Shown: positions 1 to 11,943, counted from the first letter of the whole stretch. The stretch: DNA of 58,628 nucleotides, filler included, from Squatina squatina (GCA_031763465.1; 3 parts of 3 records of this genome joined end to end with filler, not necessarily neighbours in it), one strand, 5' to 3'. Translations and numbers: made by a program. Notes: generated by a model not told the origin, from the sequence alone.

Positions 1-462
1 GAGTAGGAAGTTAGAGGGGGCACCGGGAGAGTGTGGCAGAAGTGTGCAGAGTAGACAGATCATGGCGTTATTCAGCGTGTAACACTGAATTGATGCCAGT
101 GCTGCCATTTTGGAGCTCAATGCGCCAGCTGATACCCTCTCTTAAGCTTGCACAGCTGAACATGTGACCAGCAGCTTAAAGGAGGACCCACCATTTAAAA
201 GGATCATTGCCTGCTTACAGGTTAGTTGCTGGTTGATTTCTGCTGACTTATTGAGTTTGTAGAAGTGTTTGGTGATTTGTACAGTTATTTAAAGTTGCTA
301 AAGTCTACAGGGAGTGGGGTGGCAGGTGCTGAAAGACTGTCCTGACTTCAAGGATTCTGCACAGACCACTTGCTCCCAGACGTGGGTGCACTGATAGGCA
401 TTCCACTTGGCCTATAGCATGACAGAGAGAATGAGCAGAGGCAACACAGAGCAGGACAAGCT

Positions 463-835
463 GTGAGAAGAGGGAGGAGGAGGGGGAGAAGGTCTCTCAG
501 TAGGAGGCCATATCCGCCCAGTGTGTTCAGGGAGCAATACTCCTGCCTGAACCTCAGCGAGAAACAGTGTGTGAGACATCTGCGCTTCACCAAGGCCGTC
601 CTTACTGAAATCTGCCACCTGCTACAGTCGCAACTGCAACCTCAGAACAGGGCGAGGACCGTGTTGCCCGTGGCTGTAAAGGTCATGGTGGGCATGAACA
701 TTTATGCGTCAGGCTGCTTACATGCTGGAGATGGAGATATTTGCAACATCTTCCAGTTTACTGTGAACTGTTGTATAAGCGAGGTAATTGAGGCTCTGTA
801 TTACAAGAGAGATAATACATTTCATTCTCATAGAC
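463..835 (+). mobile_element. PIF/Harbinger transposase, decayed N-terminal (HTH) part; interrupted near 841 by another repeat
   Basis: The translation RRPYPPSVFREQYSCLNLSEKQCVRHLRFTK...LPVAVKV...YASG...GDICNIFQFTVNCCISEVIEAL resembles HARBI1-type transposase N-termini. The same motif recurs at about 40535. Confidence 0.8.
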
Positions 836-840
836 ACAAG

Positions 841-1200
841 GGGGGTAGAAATTGAGCATGTTAGTGCCCCAGTTAGCACCTGGTGGGGGCGCTAACGGGG
901 TGTTCAGGCAGTCGCACTGTGGCGGGGCGAATCCCATGCCGCACGGCAAATTCACCGGCCCCGTAGCGCCAATGATAACAGTTAGCGCCTCGGCACCTTT
1001 TGCCATGCAAATCATGATGCCAGCAAGCGCTGCACACTCGTTGGATGCCCGATCTGCAAACTTCAGTAGCGACCCCCGCCTTACCACCTCATGCTGACAG
1101 TGGCAGGGAGCGAAGGTGTAAACCAGCTGGCTGGCAGCTGGTGGGGTGCTATTTAAAGGGATGCGCCCCAGCTGTCAAGGAACTTCTGTTCCCACGGTCA
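841..1200. repeat. GC-rich DNA-transposon end (Harbinger-like) nested in the preceding element
   Basis: It starts abruptly with GGGGGTAGAAATTG and contains TAGCGCC/GGCGCTAA motifs. A related opposite end (GGCGCTAACGGGG...CAATTTCCAGCCC) lies at about 36460-36510. Confidence 0.5.
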
Positions 1201-1479
1201 NNNNNNNNNNNNNNNNNNNNNNNNNNNNNNNNNNNNNNNNNNNNNNNNNNNNNNNNNNNNNNNNNNNNNNNNNNNNNNNNNNNNNNNNNNNNNNNNNNNN
1301 CGTTTGCCAGTGGACGGGGTTCTCTTCTGGCACTGTTGACACGCAGGATTGTCCCGTTAGTGGAGTAGACCGGCTAGATGGGCTGTCGTGTTTTCTTCTG
1401 ATTCTTGGGTTCAGGAAAGTGATTCTAAGTTTAAGACACAGGGGTAGAGAGGGAGAAAAGGTCTGGCAATACCTCAGAA

Positions 1480-1875
1480 AAGAAAGAACTTGTCAGTTAA
1501 AAATGTGCCTTTCACGTCCTGTTGTCATGTCGGGAAACACAGCAGCCACTTTGCGCACAGCAAGGTTCCACAAACAGCAACAAGGTAAGTGATCAGTTGA
1601 TCTGTTTTGGTGATATTAATTGCGGGATGAATGTTGTTCAGGACCCCAGAAGAACCCGCTGCTCTTCAGTAGTGTCGTAGAATCTTCTACATCCACTTGA
1701 AATGGCGGATGAGGATCACTGTTGAGTTTCTCGTCTGAAATACAACAGTGGAGTGTACCCTCAGTAGTGTCAGCCTAGATTAGGTGATCCAATCTCGGGG
1801 GTGGGTCTTGAACTTCCAGAGTCGATCTTCTAACTCTGAGGCAAGAGTACTACCAACTGAGCCACTGCTGACAAC
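1480..1875 (-). mobile_element. Deu-domain tRNA-derived SINE (SacSINE1/AmnSINE1-like), degenerate
   Basis: Its reverse complement matches the SINE at 14960-15390 (blocks GCACAGCAAG.TTCCACAAACAGCAA and CTCAGTAGTG). Confidence 0.6.
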
Positions 1876-2279
1876 ATCCTTAGTAGTGTTAAGTAGTGTT
1901 GAGAGGTGACACACCTGTACTATCCCAAGCCATGCAGGCAAATCTGCCACCTATTAAACTGTCAAACCATATTCAGAGTATTTGACTGAATCACATGCGC
2001 AGGGCGTAATGGTTTTGCAGAGTTTAGAGAGCCAATTGCCCTTTTCAGAGTGGAGCGGTCGAACAGAATTCTAGTTAATGTGATAACACATATAATTAAT
2101 GGCTCTATTTCTGTTTATACCGTGAGAGTCAATAAAATCAACAGGGTCAACCAGCTGAGGAGCAATTGTCACAATATGTCTAAAAAAAACAGATTTGCTT
2201 TTCTGGCGTCTCCAAAATTAAGCGTGGCTAACTGGAAGGCGGAAGCATCAATATTTTAGTTATACTTGAATAACAACAG

Positions 2280-2520
2280 CGAGCAACAACATGCTTTTGT
2301 GTAATGCCTTTGATGTAGTAACACAGGAGTAAAACTCTCTGTAAGGCGCTTCACAGGAGCGTTATCAGACAAAATTTGACGCTGAGCCAAATAAGGAGAT
2401 ATTAAGACAGGTAACCAAAAGCTTGGTCAAAGCGGTTAAGGAGGGTCTTAAAATAAGAGAGAGAGCCAGAGAGGTTTAGGGAGGTAATTGCAGAGCTTAG
2501 GACCGAGGTAGCGGAATAAG
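2280..2520 (-). mobile_element. L2 LINE 3' end
   Basis: AAATTTGAC.CTGAGCCA.ATAAGGAGATATTA...AAGCTTGGTCAAAG is shared with 30770-31220 and with the reverse complement of 48590-49000. Confidence 0.6.
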
Positions 2521-2584
2521 TGAAATTACTCTGTTTATTATCATTATCAAATGTATAGATCTCCCTATTGCTGAGGGTGGGTAT

Positions 2585-2732
2585 TTAGGCTAGATTCGCT
2601 GGAATTTAGAAGATTAAGGGGGGATCTTATAGAAACATATAAAATTCTTAATGGATTGGACAGGCTAAATGCAGGAAGATTGTTCCCGATGTTGGGGAAG
2701 TCCAGAACCAGGGGTCACAGTTTAAGGATAAG
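2585..2732 (+). mobile_element. CR1 LINE ORF2 C-terminal fragment
   Basis: Encodes LEFRRLRGDLIETYKIL.GLDRLNAGRLFPMLGKSRTRGHSLRI, the typical CR1 ORF2 end. Confidence 0.85.
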
Positions 2733-4075
2733 NNNNNNNNNNNNNNNNNNNNNNNNNNNNNNNNNNNNNNNNNNNNNNNNNNNNNNNNNNNNNNNNNNNN
2801 NNNNNNNNNNNNNNNNNNNNNNNNNNNNNNNNATTTTGAATACTTTAATCTAATGATCCTTGGTGATATGCTGGAGTGCCCTTTCCTTCTGAATTACATT
2901 CCCCAAATTAAAAGTGCATCAGTGCTCATTTTGAGTGGCGTGTCTACATCACCGAGTCCAGGCCATACAATTTATCGGGCTTTGCGTCTCTTCCCTTCCC
3001 TTCCCTTCCATAAGAGCAGAGCCTGTGGAAAATTCTGTAGATGTGCCATAAATCCCTGCTTCATTAAATTGTAATGAGATTGTACATCCGCTGAACAACT
3101 ACTCCATCTAGTACAGTTAAGTGTTTCTTGTGCAATGATTCTGGTGCTGCCCTAACAGAGGATGAATATTTCATCAGCCCAATACTTACTTGTTCATCAC
3201 AGGGAGCATGGAGAGATTTGAAATACAATGGATTGCTCTTCAGGCTGGTTTCACATTAGGTGGTTTCACATCTCACTCTTGAGGTGGAATTTTAACTCTC
3301 CCCAATCAGCAGGGAAGGAGCTGGGTGGGCGGGGGTGGGGAGCGGTTAAAATGGAGCAGCTNNNNNNNNNNNNNNNNNNNNNNNNNNNNNNNNNNNNNNN
3401 NNNNNNNNNNNNNNNNNNNNNNNNNNNNNNNNNNNNNNNNNNNNNNNNNNNNNNNNNNNNNACTCGCTGACTGTCTTTTCAGCTCCTTGCCATCAGTAAA
3501 GGCGGTGTCACCAAGACTCCATTGTTGCTATGTCTCCGTCCCCTCAGCACGGCTACAATAACAGGCTCCACCATTCACTAATGGATGTAATGGCTGGCAC
3601 TCAGCAGGCTGATAAAGAGCCTGCAGCAATCTGCTATGTAAATGCCTCTTTAATGAAGGTTAATGGCACAAAGGGGGCCCTCCGCTCGATTTCTTTTGAC
3701 ATGTGACGACGGGACAAGGTCACCCACACTTGTCAGCCTGTCTCTCTCACAACAGAGTGCAGAAGGCGTTGACCGCTCCTCGCGTGGCCCTCGCTGTGTC
3801 AGTGTCGGAACTCTACAGCTCGGTTACTGAGGCAGCCATCGTCAATCACTTGCAATTGCCAAGGAGGGAGGGAGGGAGCTCCAATAGTCAGGAGTCAAGT
3901 GGTTGAAGAAGTGACCACTGCAGGTGGAATGGAGAACGAGATGCAGGTCAATGTTCTCAGCCTGTAGGATGTGCCNNNNNNNNNNNNNNNNNNNNNNNNN
4001 NNNNNNNNNNNNNNNNNNNNNNNNNNNNNNNNNNNNNNNNNNNNNNNNNNNNNNNNNNNNNNNNNNNNNNNNNNN

Positions 4076-4254
4076 CTCTCCTCACTCCCTCAGTTAATGC
4101 TGCCTCTGTCCTCACTCCTCCAGTTAATGCTGCCACTCTCCTCACTCCCACTGTTAATGCTGCCTCTGTCCTCACTCCTCCAGTTAATGCTGCCAATCTC
4201 CTCACTCCCCCAGTTAATGCTGCCACTCTCCTCACTCCCCCAGTTAATGCTGCC
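4076..4254. repeat. 30-bp minisatellite, about 6 copies
   Basis: C(A/T)GTTAATGCTGCC recurs at 4091, 4121, 4151, 4181, 4211 and 4241. Confidence 0.95.
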
Positions 4255-5239
4255 CCCACCCTCCTCTCTCCTTGCTCCCTCAGTTTGTGCTGATACTCTC
4301 CCCGTTTCCCCCTTTCCCCCGCCCATTATGTTGGCATTCTCCTCTCTCAGCACCACTGTCCATTCTGGCTCCTTTTAGCGATCAGAACAGGACTGGGAGT
4401 ACAGAATGTTTTAACACCTGCTTATTTTGGCGGAGATGCTCCCCAACTGACTCATTACCTGTGCACGACCACGTCTTGCAGGCGGTGTTGATATTGGCAC
4501 CGATTTTGGCACCGTTAGCGCATTTGCCAGTTTGTCACTGCACACTGGCAACACCAATGTGCAGCATCCTGTGATAATGCCAGCGCCAGTTCAGCAAACA
4601 AATCACCTCCCACGGCGCTCAGTCTGGGGGCCTTTAGACAGGACTAATTAGATTGCATTGTTCTGTGGTCAGCACTAAATAGGCTGACAGCGGATCAATT
4701 AGCTGCATGCAGAGATCATCAGTGTAGCGCATCGTTACATTATTAAGTAGACGGAAAGCAACAAGATCCTCGAAGCAAAGGATTTTCCAATTTTATCTTT
4801 CATCATTATCTTTTTAAATACAGGTGCCAGCCATTGGTGGCCCTTCTGCCCCTTTTACCTGTGACCCTTGGCAGATTTGCTGCTCTCCGCACATTTTATT
4901 TATGGAGACCATTTTGTGCATCGATAATTGCTTCCTGCAGAGGTCCCGAATTGCTTTGGTTAATGTCTTGCAGTTTTTAAATGGTTGAGCACTCGTATAG
5001 TTGGTTCAAGTGCCAGTGTGACAAAAATTGTAAAAAAAAAAGCAGCCTATTTGGTCTGTGTTGTAAATAGCTCATTAAAAGAATGTTCCAGAGAGAAACG
5101 TTAGTTNNNNNNNNNNNNNNNNNNNNNNNNNNNNNNNNNNNNNNNNNNNNNNNNNNNNNNNNNNNNNNNNNNNNNNNNNNNNNNNNNNNNNNNNNNNNNN
5201 NNNNNNGCTCACTAAAGCTGGAGGTATTTGGAACGCTTT

Positions 5240-5574
5240 TTCCAATGGTCAACATGAGATCCAAACGGAACTGACTGACCTCCAGTGCAACGACCATCTC
5301 AAGAGGAAATTGGCTGCAGTGGGTTGCTGGTGTTCTAGAATTAAGAGGTAGGGAATTTGTAAGCTTGAGTCGGCAAGCCCAGCACATACGATCATTGTCC
5401 TGCGGCGCCTATGTGAGCAAATACGTTTTCCGAAGAACGAACCGGCAGGAGCCCTACTTCCGCACAAGGATCCTGGACAAGCATCTGCAGGGTGCCTTTC
5501 ATTGGCCCAGGCCAAAGCTGGCACCAGGAACGAATGGGCTAGCAATGAAAGTGCAATTCCAGATCTCATACTAA
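5240..5574 (+). mobile_element. hAT (Charlie/SPIN/GTF2IRD2-like) transposase C-terminal dimerisation region, decayed and frameshifted
   Basis: EIQTELTDLQCNDHLKRK, then CGAYVSKYVF...FRTRILDKHLQG...KVQFQISY*, parallel the family motifs QxELIDLQC, GSTYxCExxFS, RSRLTDxHL and QxSH*. Confidence 0.6.
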
Positions 5575-6014
5575 AAAACTGGCTCTGCAAAATGTCAAGG
5601 GAGAAATGATTGTGCAATAAACCTAAAGAGCCTCCCGTTGCAAATGTAAAACTCAGACCACACATTCAGAAACAGACACTGAAAGCGTGGTGTGAGATTA
5701 CTTCCTGAATAAAAGTGGGAATGATCTATTGCAAATGAAAACTGTGTTGTTGGGTAATGAGTTTTTTGCCTGTCCCAAAAGCATTGTAAACACACATGAC
5801 CCATTCACTGGTTATGATACATGGGTCTGTCCCCTTGCTGCACAATGTTGGCTACCCTGATTTAGGGCATGGCAGAGACAGGAGGTAGGAATTGGCTTCA
5901 GAACACTCGATTATCCATCGCTTAAGTTAAGGGAGAGAGGTTTGCCCTTGGCAGAGAGCTTCCATCTGTCCTACATTCCAGATTCACTCGGATGCTGCCT
6001 GATCTGAAGAAATA

Positions 6015-6420
6015 GAAATACGAGGAAAGGCTGTACAAGACCAATGTGGATTACAGGGCAATATGATTATAATTTAGAAAGGATGGGTAGATAGAAGCAG
6101 ACTGTTTCTAGTAGTTGAGGGGTCTGAAATGAGAAACCATAGATATAAGATTAGATGTAAGAGATTTAGAACAGAGGGCAGGAGAAACATTGCACACAGA
6201 GAGTTGTGAGGCTGTGGAATTCACTTCCTGGGTAAGCGGTTGAGGCAGAAATTAGGTCAACTTTCAGAATTAGATTGGATAGGTAGATGAAGGAAGAGGA
6301 ATTGAAGGGATATGGGAGCAGGATAGGTAAATGTGATTAGGACTATCTTCTCACATGGAGGGTAAATGACAACATGGACAGGTTGGGCTGAATGGTCTGT
6401 TTCTGTGTTGTAACCTGTAC
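6015..6420 (+). mobile_element. CR1 LINE 3' end, old copy
   Basis: Contains CACAGAGAGTTGTGAGGCTGTGGAATTCACTTCCTG and the GGGCTGAATGGTCTGTTTCTGTG tail. Confidence 0.65.
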
Positions 6421-6489
6421 GTATTTCTCTCTGTATTACAAAATCTCTCCTTCCCTCGTCTCCTGATGGCACGGACTCAAACTTGTTAC

Positions 6490-6800
6490 CCTCTGGTACT
6501 CACTTAACTGGCCATTCTTCATGTGTGAACCTTGACATTGAGTGGCAAACAAGAGGGACATCACAACTCAGCCTGGTCCCATCTTCAACTAACATCCATA
6601 CATGTACACTTCCAGCATGAGTTACTGGACATTTATCAAAAGCAGGAGCCCTGGTTGATTTGATTTCCTCTCTGTGGTCTAGATGTAGGCCAAATGTAAC
6701 GTCCTTACTGCCAGCCGAGCGGTGATCAGCTAACTCATCACTAGCCAAGGATCAAACCTGGGATGTCCGTGGTCTGTTCGATTCAGCACCAGACTGGGTA
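6490..6800 (-). repeat. Unclassified old SINE-like dispersed repeat
   Basis: TGGCCATTCTTCA(T/C)GTGTG and adjacent blocks recur at about 20095-20200, 49725-49940 and 50760-51080. Confidence 0.45.
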
Positions 6801-6863
6801 AAGATGTGTTTCCATGTAACCGATCCTCTTACATTAAAAAAAAACTATTTCTTTTCATTCCAG

Positions 6864-6950
6864 TTCCAGACAGCAACTCAAGAATTATTCCAAAGACCAT
6901 CGAAATCTCACTCTACAAAGAAGGGAACAGCTTTGGGTTCGTGATGAGGG
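6864..6950 (+). CDS. GRIP2: Glutamate receptor-interacting protein 2, internal exon (start of PDZ2)
   Basis: Bounded by ttccAG and GTtagt; 87 nt, phase 1/1. Encodes [30 protein letters not shown], close to GRIP2 [24 protein letters not shown] as I recall it. Confidence 0.88.
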
Positions 6951-7957
6951 GTTAGTCATTTTATTATTCTCAATGTTTTCCCTCTTCCTTTGTTTTCCCC
7001 TGTTTTTGCATCTAATTCAGATGCAAGACCCGCCCAATGGAATTCCATTTTGTATCTGTAAATCACTGTTCATTGGAAATCAGCAGGAGTCCTATTCATT
7101 TCAGCAAAAACGCTCCATTAATCAGTAATTAAAGGAATGTGCCCTCAGAGAAACATGTATGGCAAACATGATGTGACATGGTTATGTAANNNNNNNNNNN
7201 NNNNNNNNNNNNNNNNNNNNNNNNNNNNNNNNNNNNNNNNNNNNNNNNNNNNNNNNNNNNNNNNNNNNNNNNNNNNNNNNNNNNNNNNNGGGAGAATGTC
7301 TTTTAAAAGAATATATATATTTTTGTTTTGTTTTTAATTTGATATTTGACGACTTCATTCGATGGCTGAGCAAATTCAAAAGTGACACACGTCAGTGTTG
7401 TCTCCGTCCGGTATTTTCTGCAGGTTGTAGCAAAGAATGGATTTCCCCTTTTCTCTCGTTTCGTTTTTATTTGTAAAAAAAAACTCTCTTCAGCAAGCTC
7501 GTGACCATTAAGTAAGCGAACAATCTCTTTCATCCTCGTCCCTCTCGGTGATGTATAAGGCCAGCGGGGGCAGGGGTGGGGGGGAAACCAACAAAAAGGT
7601 TCAAGACAACAAACGGCGCTTCGATTCGTTCAATCGATGAAAAACAAAATATTCTCTTTTCCTCGTTGTTCCTCTCGCGCTCTCTTCAATCCGTTCTCTG
7701 GCAGGAGTTCAGGTTCCAAAGATCTTCCTGCTCTCCATTCCGTTCCCCATTCCTTCCCTCTTTCCGGTTTAAAAAATCTTTGACAAATTAACTTCTTGCA
7801 TTTTATTTTTTTTTGCAATGGAGTTCGGGTTTTCATGCAATAACTTTTAATATTCTCGTTAATCCTTTTTTTTTTGTTGTAAATTATTAATAATTGTTTT
7901 TTTTTCTCTTTTCTCTCTTTTCCATTTACCCGTAACCTCTCAATGGCCAACGGACAG

Positions 7958-8092
7958 TTAAGGTTCAGAAGAGTGACCACCATCACTGCTGGGACCCCTG
8001 CGTCAACTACTGCCACACCTACCACCCAGGGCACTGCAAGACGCCTACCTGGAGTGCACCGACCCCTCTATCCAACTCAGACTACTGCAAAT
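7958..8092 (+). CDS. GRIP2: GRIP2 His/Cys-rich linker exon (between PDZ3 and PDZ4)
   Basis: Bounded by acAG and GTacag; 135 nt, phase 1/1. Encodes VKVQKSDHHHCWDPCVNYCHTYHPGHCKTPTW, similar to GRIP2 [32 protein letters not shown]. It is absent from the ORF track. Confidence 0.8.
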
Positions 8093-8979
8093 GTACAGTA
8101 ACTTAGCTATCTCTCTGAACCCGCACTCAACCCCAGCAACCCCTTCAACACCAGCTCCAGGAACGGCCAATCTCTTAGAATGAATCTTTTCTTTATGAGC
8201 TAGCCTGTTTATTTTCTCATTCCCCATTCCCTTTCTCTTGGCCTCATGGTGCTCTGCACCATTCCCTCACCAAGTGGTTGTGCAATGGCGACCTTTGACC
8301 CAGGGCATCTGTCAGCACCAAATGTTAGGAGATGTTCAAAGTCCCCCTGCAATAATTCTGCCTTTGATGTTGCCTTCTCTGTTGGCACCTGCTTGGTTCC
8401 ACGGTACAACAGAATGGCTGATATTGGGCATTTACCCTCTGGGCACTGGGTACTGACTGTGTGACACTGTTCATTGGAGTCCCGATGTGCGGGTCAATCT
8501 TAAGATGCCCAATCAGCACATACTGTGTTAAAGCTGGAAATTCAGTCTCCCCTGGGACAGTAGAGTTGAGCCCTATGATTCCTGCTCGTTCCTGCAGTGT
8601 ATGTTTTGCCGAGGTAGCATTAATGTTACAGAGAAATAGTTACTCCTGCCCAACGTTATTACTGTAATGATGAGCCATCTTCTGCATCACGGTGAGATGG
8701 TGTGCTGAAAATTGACCGACCCAGGGTGCCCACAATGCCTTGCAGTTGGGGACATTCCACAAGTTAAGGTTACATACCTTGAGAGTGCTCAATGGGACAA
8801 GTCAGTGCTCAAAAATATTTGCTTAAAAATTAAATTGTTGAACGTATATAAAAGTATAAATCCACTATAAGGTTCAGCAAAATGAGAAGAAATGCAGATA
8901 ATCACTCATCAACACTTGCTAAAACATGATACAGTTATCACCTGCATGTTGCTGGCTGCCTCTTGAACGAACGGATTAG

Positions 8980-9406
8980 GTAAAGATGGCAGGACTGATG
9001 TATGAGGAGAGATTGGGTCGACTGGGCCTGTATTCACTAGAGTTTGGAAGAATGAGAGGGGATCTCATTGAAACATATAAAATTCTGACAGGGCTAGACA
9101 GACTAGATTCAGGGAGGATGTTTCCCCTGGTTGGGGAGTCTAGAACCAGGGGTCACAGTCTCAGGATATGGGATAAGCCATTTAGGACTGAGATGAGGAA
9201 ATATTTCTTCTCACACAGGGTAGTGAACCTGTGGAATTCTCTACCACAGAAGACTGTGGAGGCCGGGTCACTGAGTATATTCAAGAAAGAGATAGATAAA
9301 TTCTTAGACATCAAAGAAATTAAGGAGTTTGGGGAGAAAGCGGGAATATGGCGTTGAGATAGAGGATCAGCCATGATCATATTGAATGGCGGAGCAGGCT
9401 CGAAGG
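8980..9406 (+). mobile_element. CR1 LINE 3' end, relatively young (open frame)
   Basis: 123-aa ORF YEERLGRLGLYSLEFGRMRGDLIETYKIL...SRTRGHSLRI...FFSHRVVNLWNSLP, followed by the 3' UTR. Confidence 0.92.
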
Positions 9407-9630
9407 NNNNNNNNNNNNNNNNNNNNNNNNNNNNNNNNNNNNNNNNNNNNNNNNNNNNNNNNNNNNNNNNNNNNNNNNNNNNNNNNNNNNNNNNNNNNNN
9501 NNNNNNTCGTTAGATGAGGAGTAAATTTCAGGGGGAAGGCGCAGAGAACTGAGGGAGGGGATTTTTGGGAGGGCGAGCGGAAGGTGGGTTTTCACGTGGA
9601 CTTTGGGTTGAATTTTCGTTCTGTTTTTAG

Positions 9631-9770
9631 GACCGGGGCTATTCACATAGGGGACAGGATATTAGCCATTAATACCGTGAGCCTTAAGGGCAAACCGCTG
9701 AGCGAAGCCATCCACCTGCTCCAGATGGCCGGGGAGACGGTGACCCTGAAAATCAAGAAGCAAGCAGACC
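9631..9770 (+). CDS. GRIP2: GRIP2 exon (C-terminal half of PDZ6)
   Basis: Bounded by tttttAG and GTgagt. Encodes [45 protein letters not shown], the GRIP PDZ6 sequence. Confidence 0.92.
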
Positions 9771-9824
9771 GTGAGTATTATTTGTGGGAGTGTTGTGGGG
9801 AACGATACTGGGGATTAGAGTGTT

Positions 9825-10240
9825 AAATTATGAGGGCAAGTAGCATAAGCTTGACTCGTATTCTCTTGAGTTTAGAAGATTGAGAGGTGATTCCAATTAA
9901 AATATTGAAAGGATTTGATAGGGTAGAAACTATTTCCTTTGGTGGGAGAATCAAGAACGAGGGGAAATAATCTCAAAGTTAGAGCTGGGCTGTTCAGGAG
10001 GGAAATCGGGAAGTACTTTTTCACACAAAAGGCAGTAGAAGTCTGGAATTCTATTCCGCAGAAAGCTGATGATATTTGGGACAATTGGAGCTTTCAAGAT
10101 TTTGGTTGGATAAGGGTATCTAAGGGAATGGAGCAAAGGCGGCTAGATGGAGTTAAGATACAAATCAGCCGTGATCTAATTGAATGGTGAAGCAGGCTCG
10201 AGGGATAAGTAGCCTACTCCCGTTCCTAATGTCCCTGATG
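9825..10240 (+). mobile_element. CR1 LINE 3' end
   Basis: Encodes VGESRTRGNNLKVRAGLFRREIGKYFFTQKAVEVWNSIP, followed by the GCAGGCTCGAGGG...CCTACTCC tail. Confidence 0.85.
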
Positions 10241-11548
10241 CTGTAAATAATACTGAGACCAGCGTGTAAAACCTGACAGAGTNNNNNNNNNNNNNNNNNN
10301 NNNNNNNNNNNNNNNNNNNNNNNNNNNNNNNNNNNNNNNNNNNNNNNNNNNNNNNNNNNNNNNNNNNNNNNNNNNNNNNNNNCCCTTGCTTGGGTCGTTG
10401 CACACGGGTTGCGGAGGTGGAGCCGGCGGGTGGGGGGTGGGGGGTGGTGGGTGTGTGTGATGCGGGGAGAAGGGCTGAGCTTCCACTGGATCCAGGACAA
10501 GAAGAGTGCAGATGAGGGCCAGGGGTTGCTGGAACTGTGGCTTGAGTTCCGTGGTTTCCTGCTGGTGGAAGCATTATCAAAAAAACATTAGTAACTAACG
10601 TTGACATCATGAGAATCAAAAGCAAAGTGGTGGGGACAGAGGCGAGAGTGAGTATCATAGAGCAGGCAGAGTTTGGTCTTTAAAACAAAAACATTCCAGA
10701 CTCTCGTGTCTGATTTCCATTTTTGAAATTTCTGCATATCTCAGGTCACTCAAAAAAAGAAAACCCATTGGTGGTTCACAACCCCTGAGCCAAGGGCAAG
10801 AAGGAGGGTGCAGGAGGGAGGGAGGGAAGCAAAGAGGCTTTAATAGCATTGAGCAGGGGGAAGATTAAAATCATCGCAAATCTGGAGCACTGGAGAGTTC
10901 TAAAGCTTAAAGGGGGAAACCTTGTGTCGCTTCAAAGATGGAAGAGGACAACTGTGAATAGTATTGAGACAGCAAGGCTTCTGTCCCCACCCACCACATT
11001 GCATGAACTCCTCCCCGGGCCATCTTGAACGGGTCTCAACGCTGATCACACAGCTTGTAGAGTAGGCTGCTGCCCAACCTTCGGTCTGTTTGCGTGCGTG
11101 TGTCAATGTGATAGCTCACAGTTTCTTACTGTCCTCATTGTTACCCCGTCCCTTCACCCTGTTGTCTGTCACATTGTCTTTGTTCTTTTTCTCTTCTCAG
11201 GTTGTCTGTGTCTCAGCTCTGAGCTCTTTTCCCATCAGCCTTCTTAACTAACCGTCTGGGAGGCTCCCGGCTTCCCCCACATTCTGCATTCCCTCTTGCT
11301 TCTTCTGTGTTNNNNNNNNNNNNNNNNNNNNNNNNNNNNNNNNNNNNNNNNNNNNNNNNNNNNNNNNNNNNNNNNNNNNNNNNNNNNNNNNNNNNNNNNN
11401 NNNNNNNNNNNGCTTTCACCTCAGTCCCTCAGTTCCTCACTCCCGCCACTGGCTCTTAAAACACAGGTTGCGGTTTTGGAACAGACCATCCGAGCTCTTT
11501 AATGGGGGAAGTGGGCCCGTTAAAATGTTAATGTTCTTCCGATGGCAG

Positions 11549-11761
11549 GTAAATCACATCCGGACGAGGGACTTTGACTGTTGCCTGACGGTGCCCCTCA
11601 TCTCGGAGTCGGGAGACAGCCTGGACCTGGTGGTCAGCCGGAACCCCCTGGCGCTGACCACGCGCACCAGATCCGAAGACTGCGACGGGTCGCGGAACAG
11701 CCGCCGTCTCCTGCAGCGCGCGGAGAACAGGGACACCAGGAAGAACACGAGGACACTGTGA
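11549..11761 (+). CDS. GRIP2: GRIP2 terminal coding exon (end of PDZ7 and C-tail)
   Basis: Starts after gcAG. Encodes [35 protein letters not shown]...TRTL*; the [13 protein letters not shown] motif is diagnostic of GRIP PDZ7. Confidence 0.92.
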   Translation, partial: VNHIRTRDFDCCLTVPLISESGDSLDLVVSRNPLALTTRTRSEDCDGSRNSRRLLQRAENRDTRKNTRTL

Positions 11762-11943
11762 GCGGGAGAGACAGAGACATCCCCATGCTGTGAGACAATT
11801 TCCAATGGTGCTACCCTCCTTTCCAATTGCACAGTACCCGACTGCTGTCACTTAGCGCTCGGCAGTCCTAGTCGCAGCTGAACTGCCTCCGCACAGGAGG
11901 AGCAAAACATCTCCAGTCCCGCCATCAATTGTCCGCCCTCCCA

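Noticed and set aside
4076-4254. Regular repeats as a possible CRISPR array or repetitive protein
   Set aside because: There are no unique spacers, the context is eukaryotic and no cas genes are present. It is a simple minisatellite.
11180-11311. Strong acceptor-like site (ctcttctcAG at 11200) within GRIP2
   Set aside because: The downstream sequence shows no GRIP-like coding and no convincing donor before the gap.
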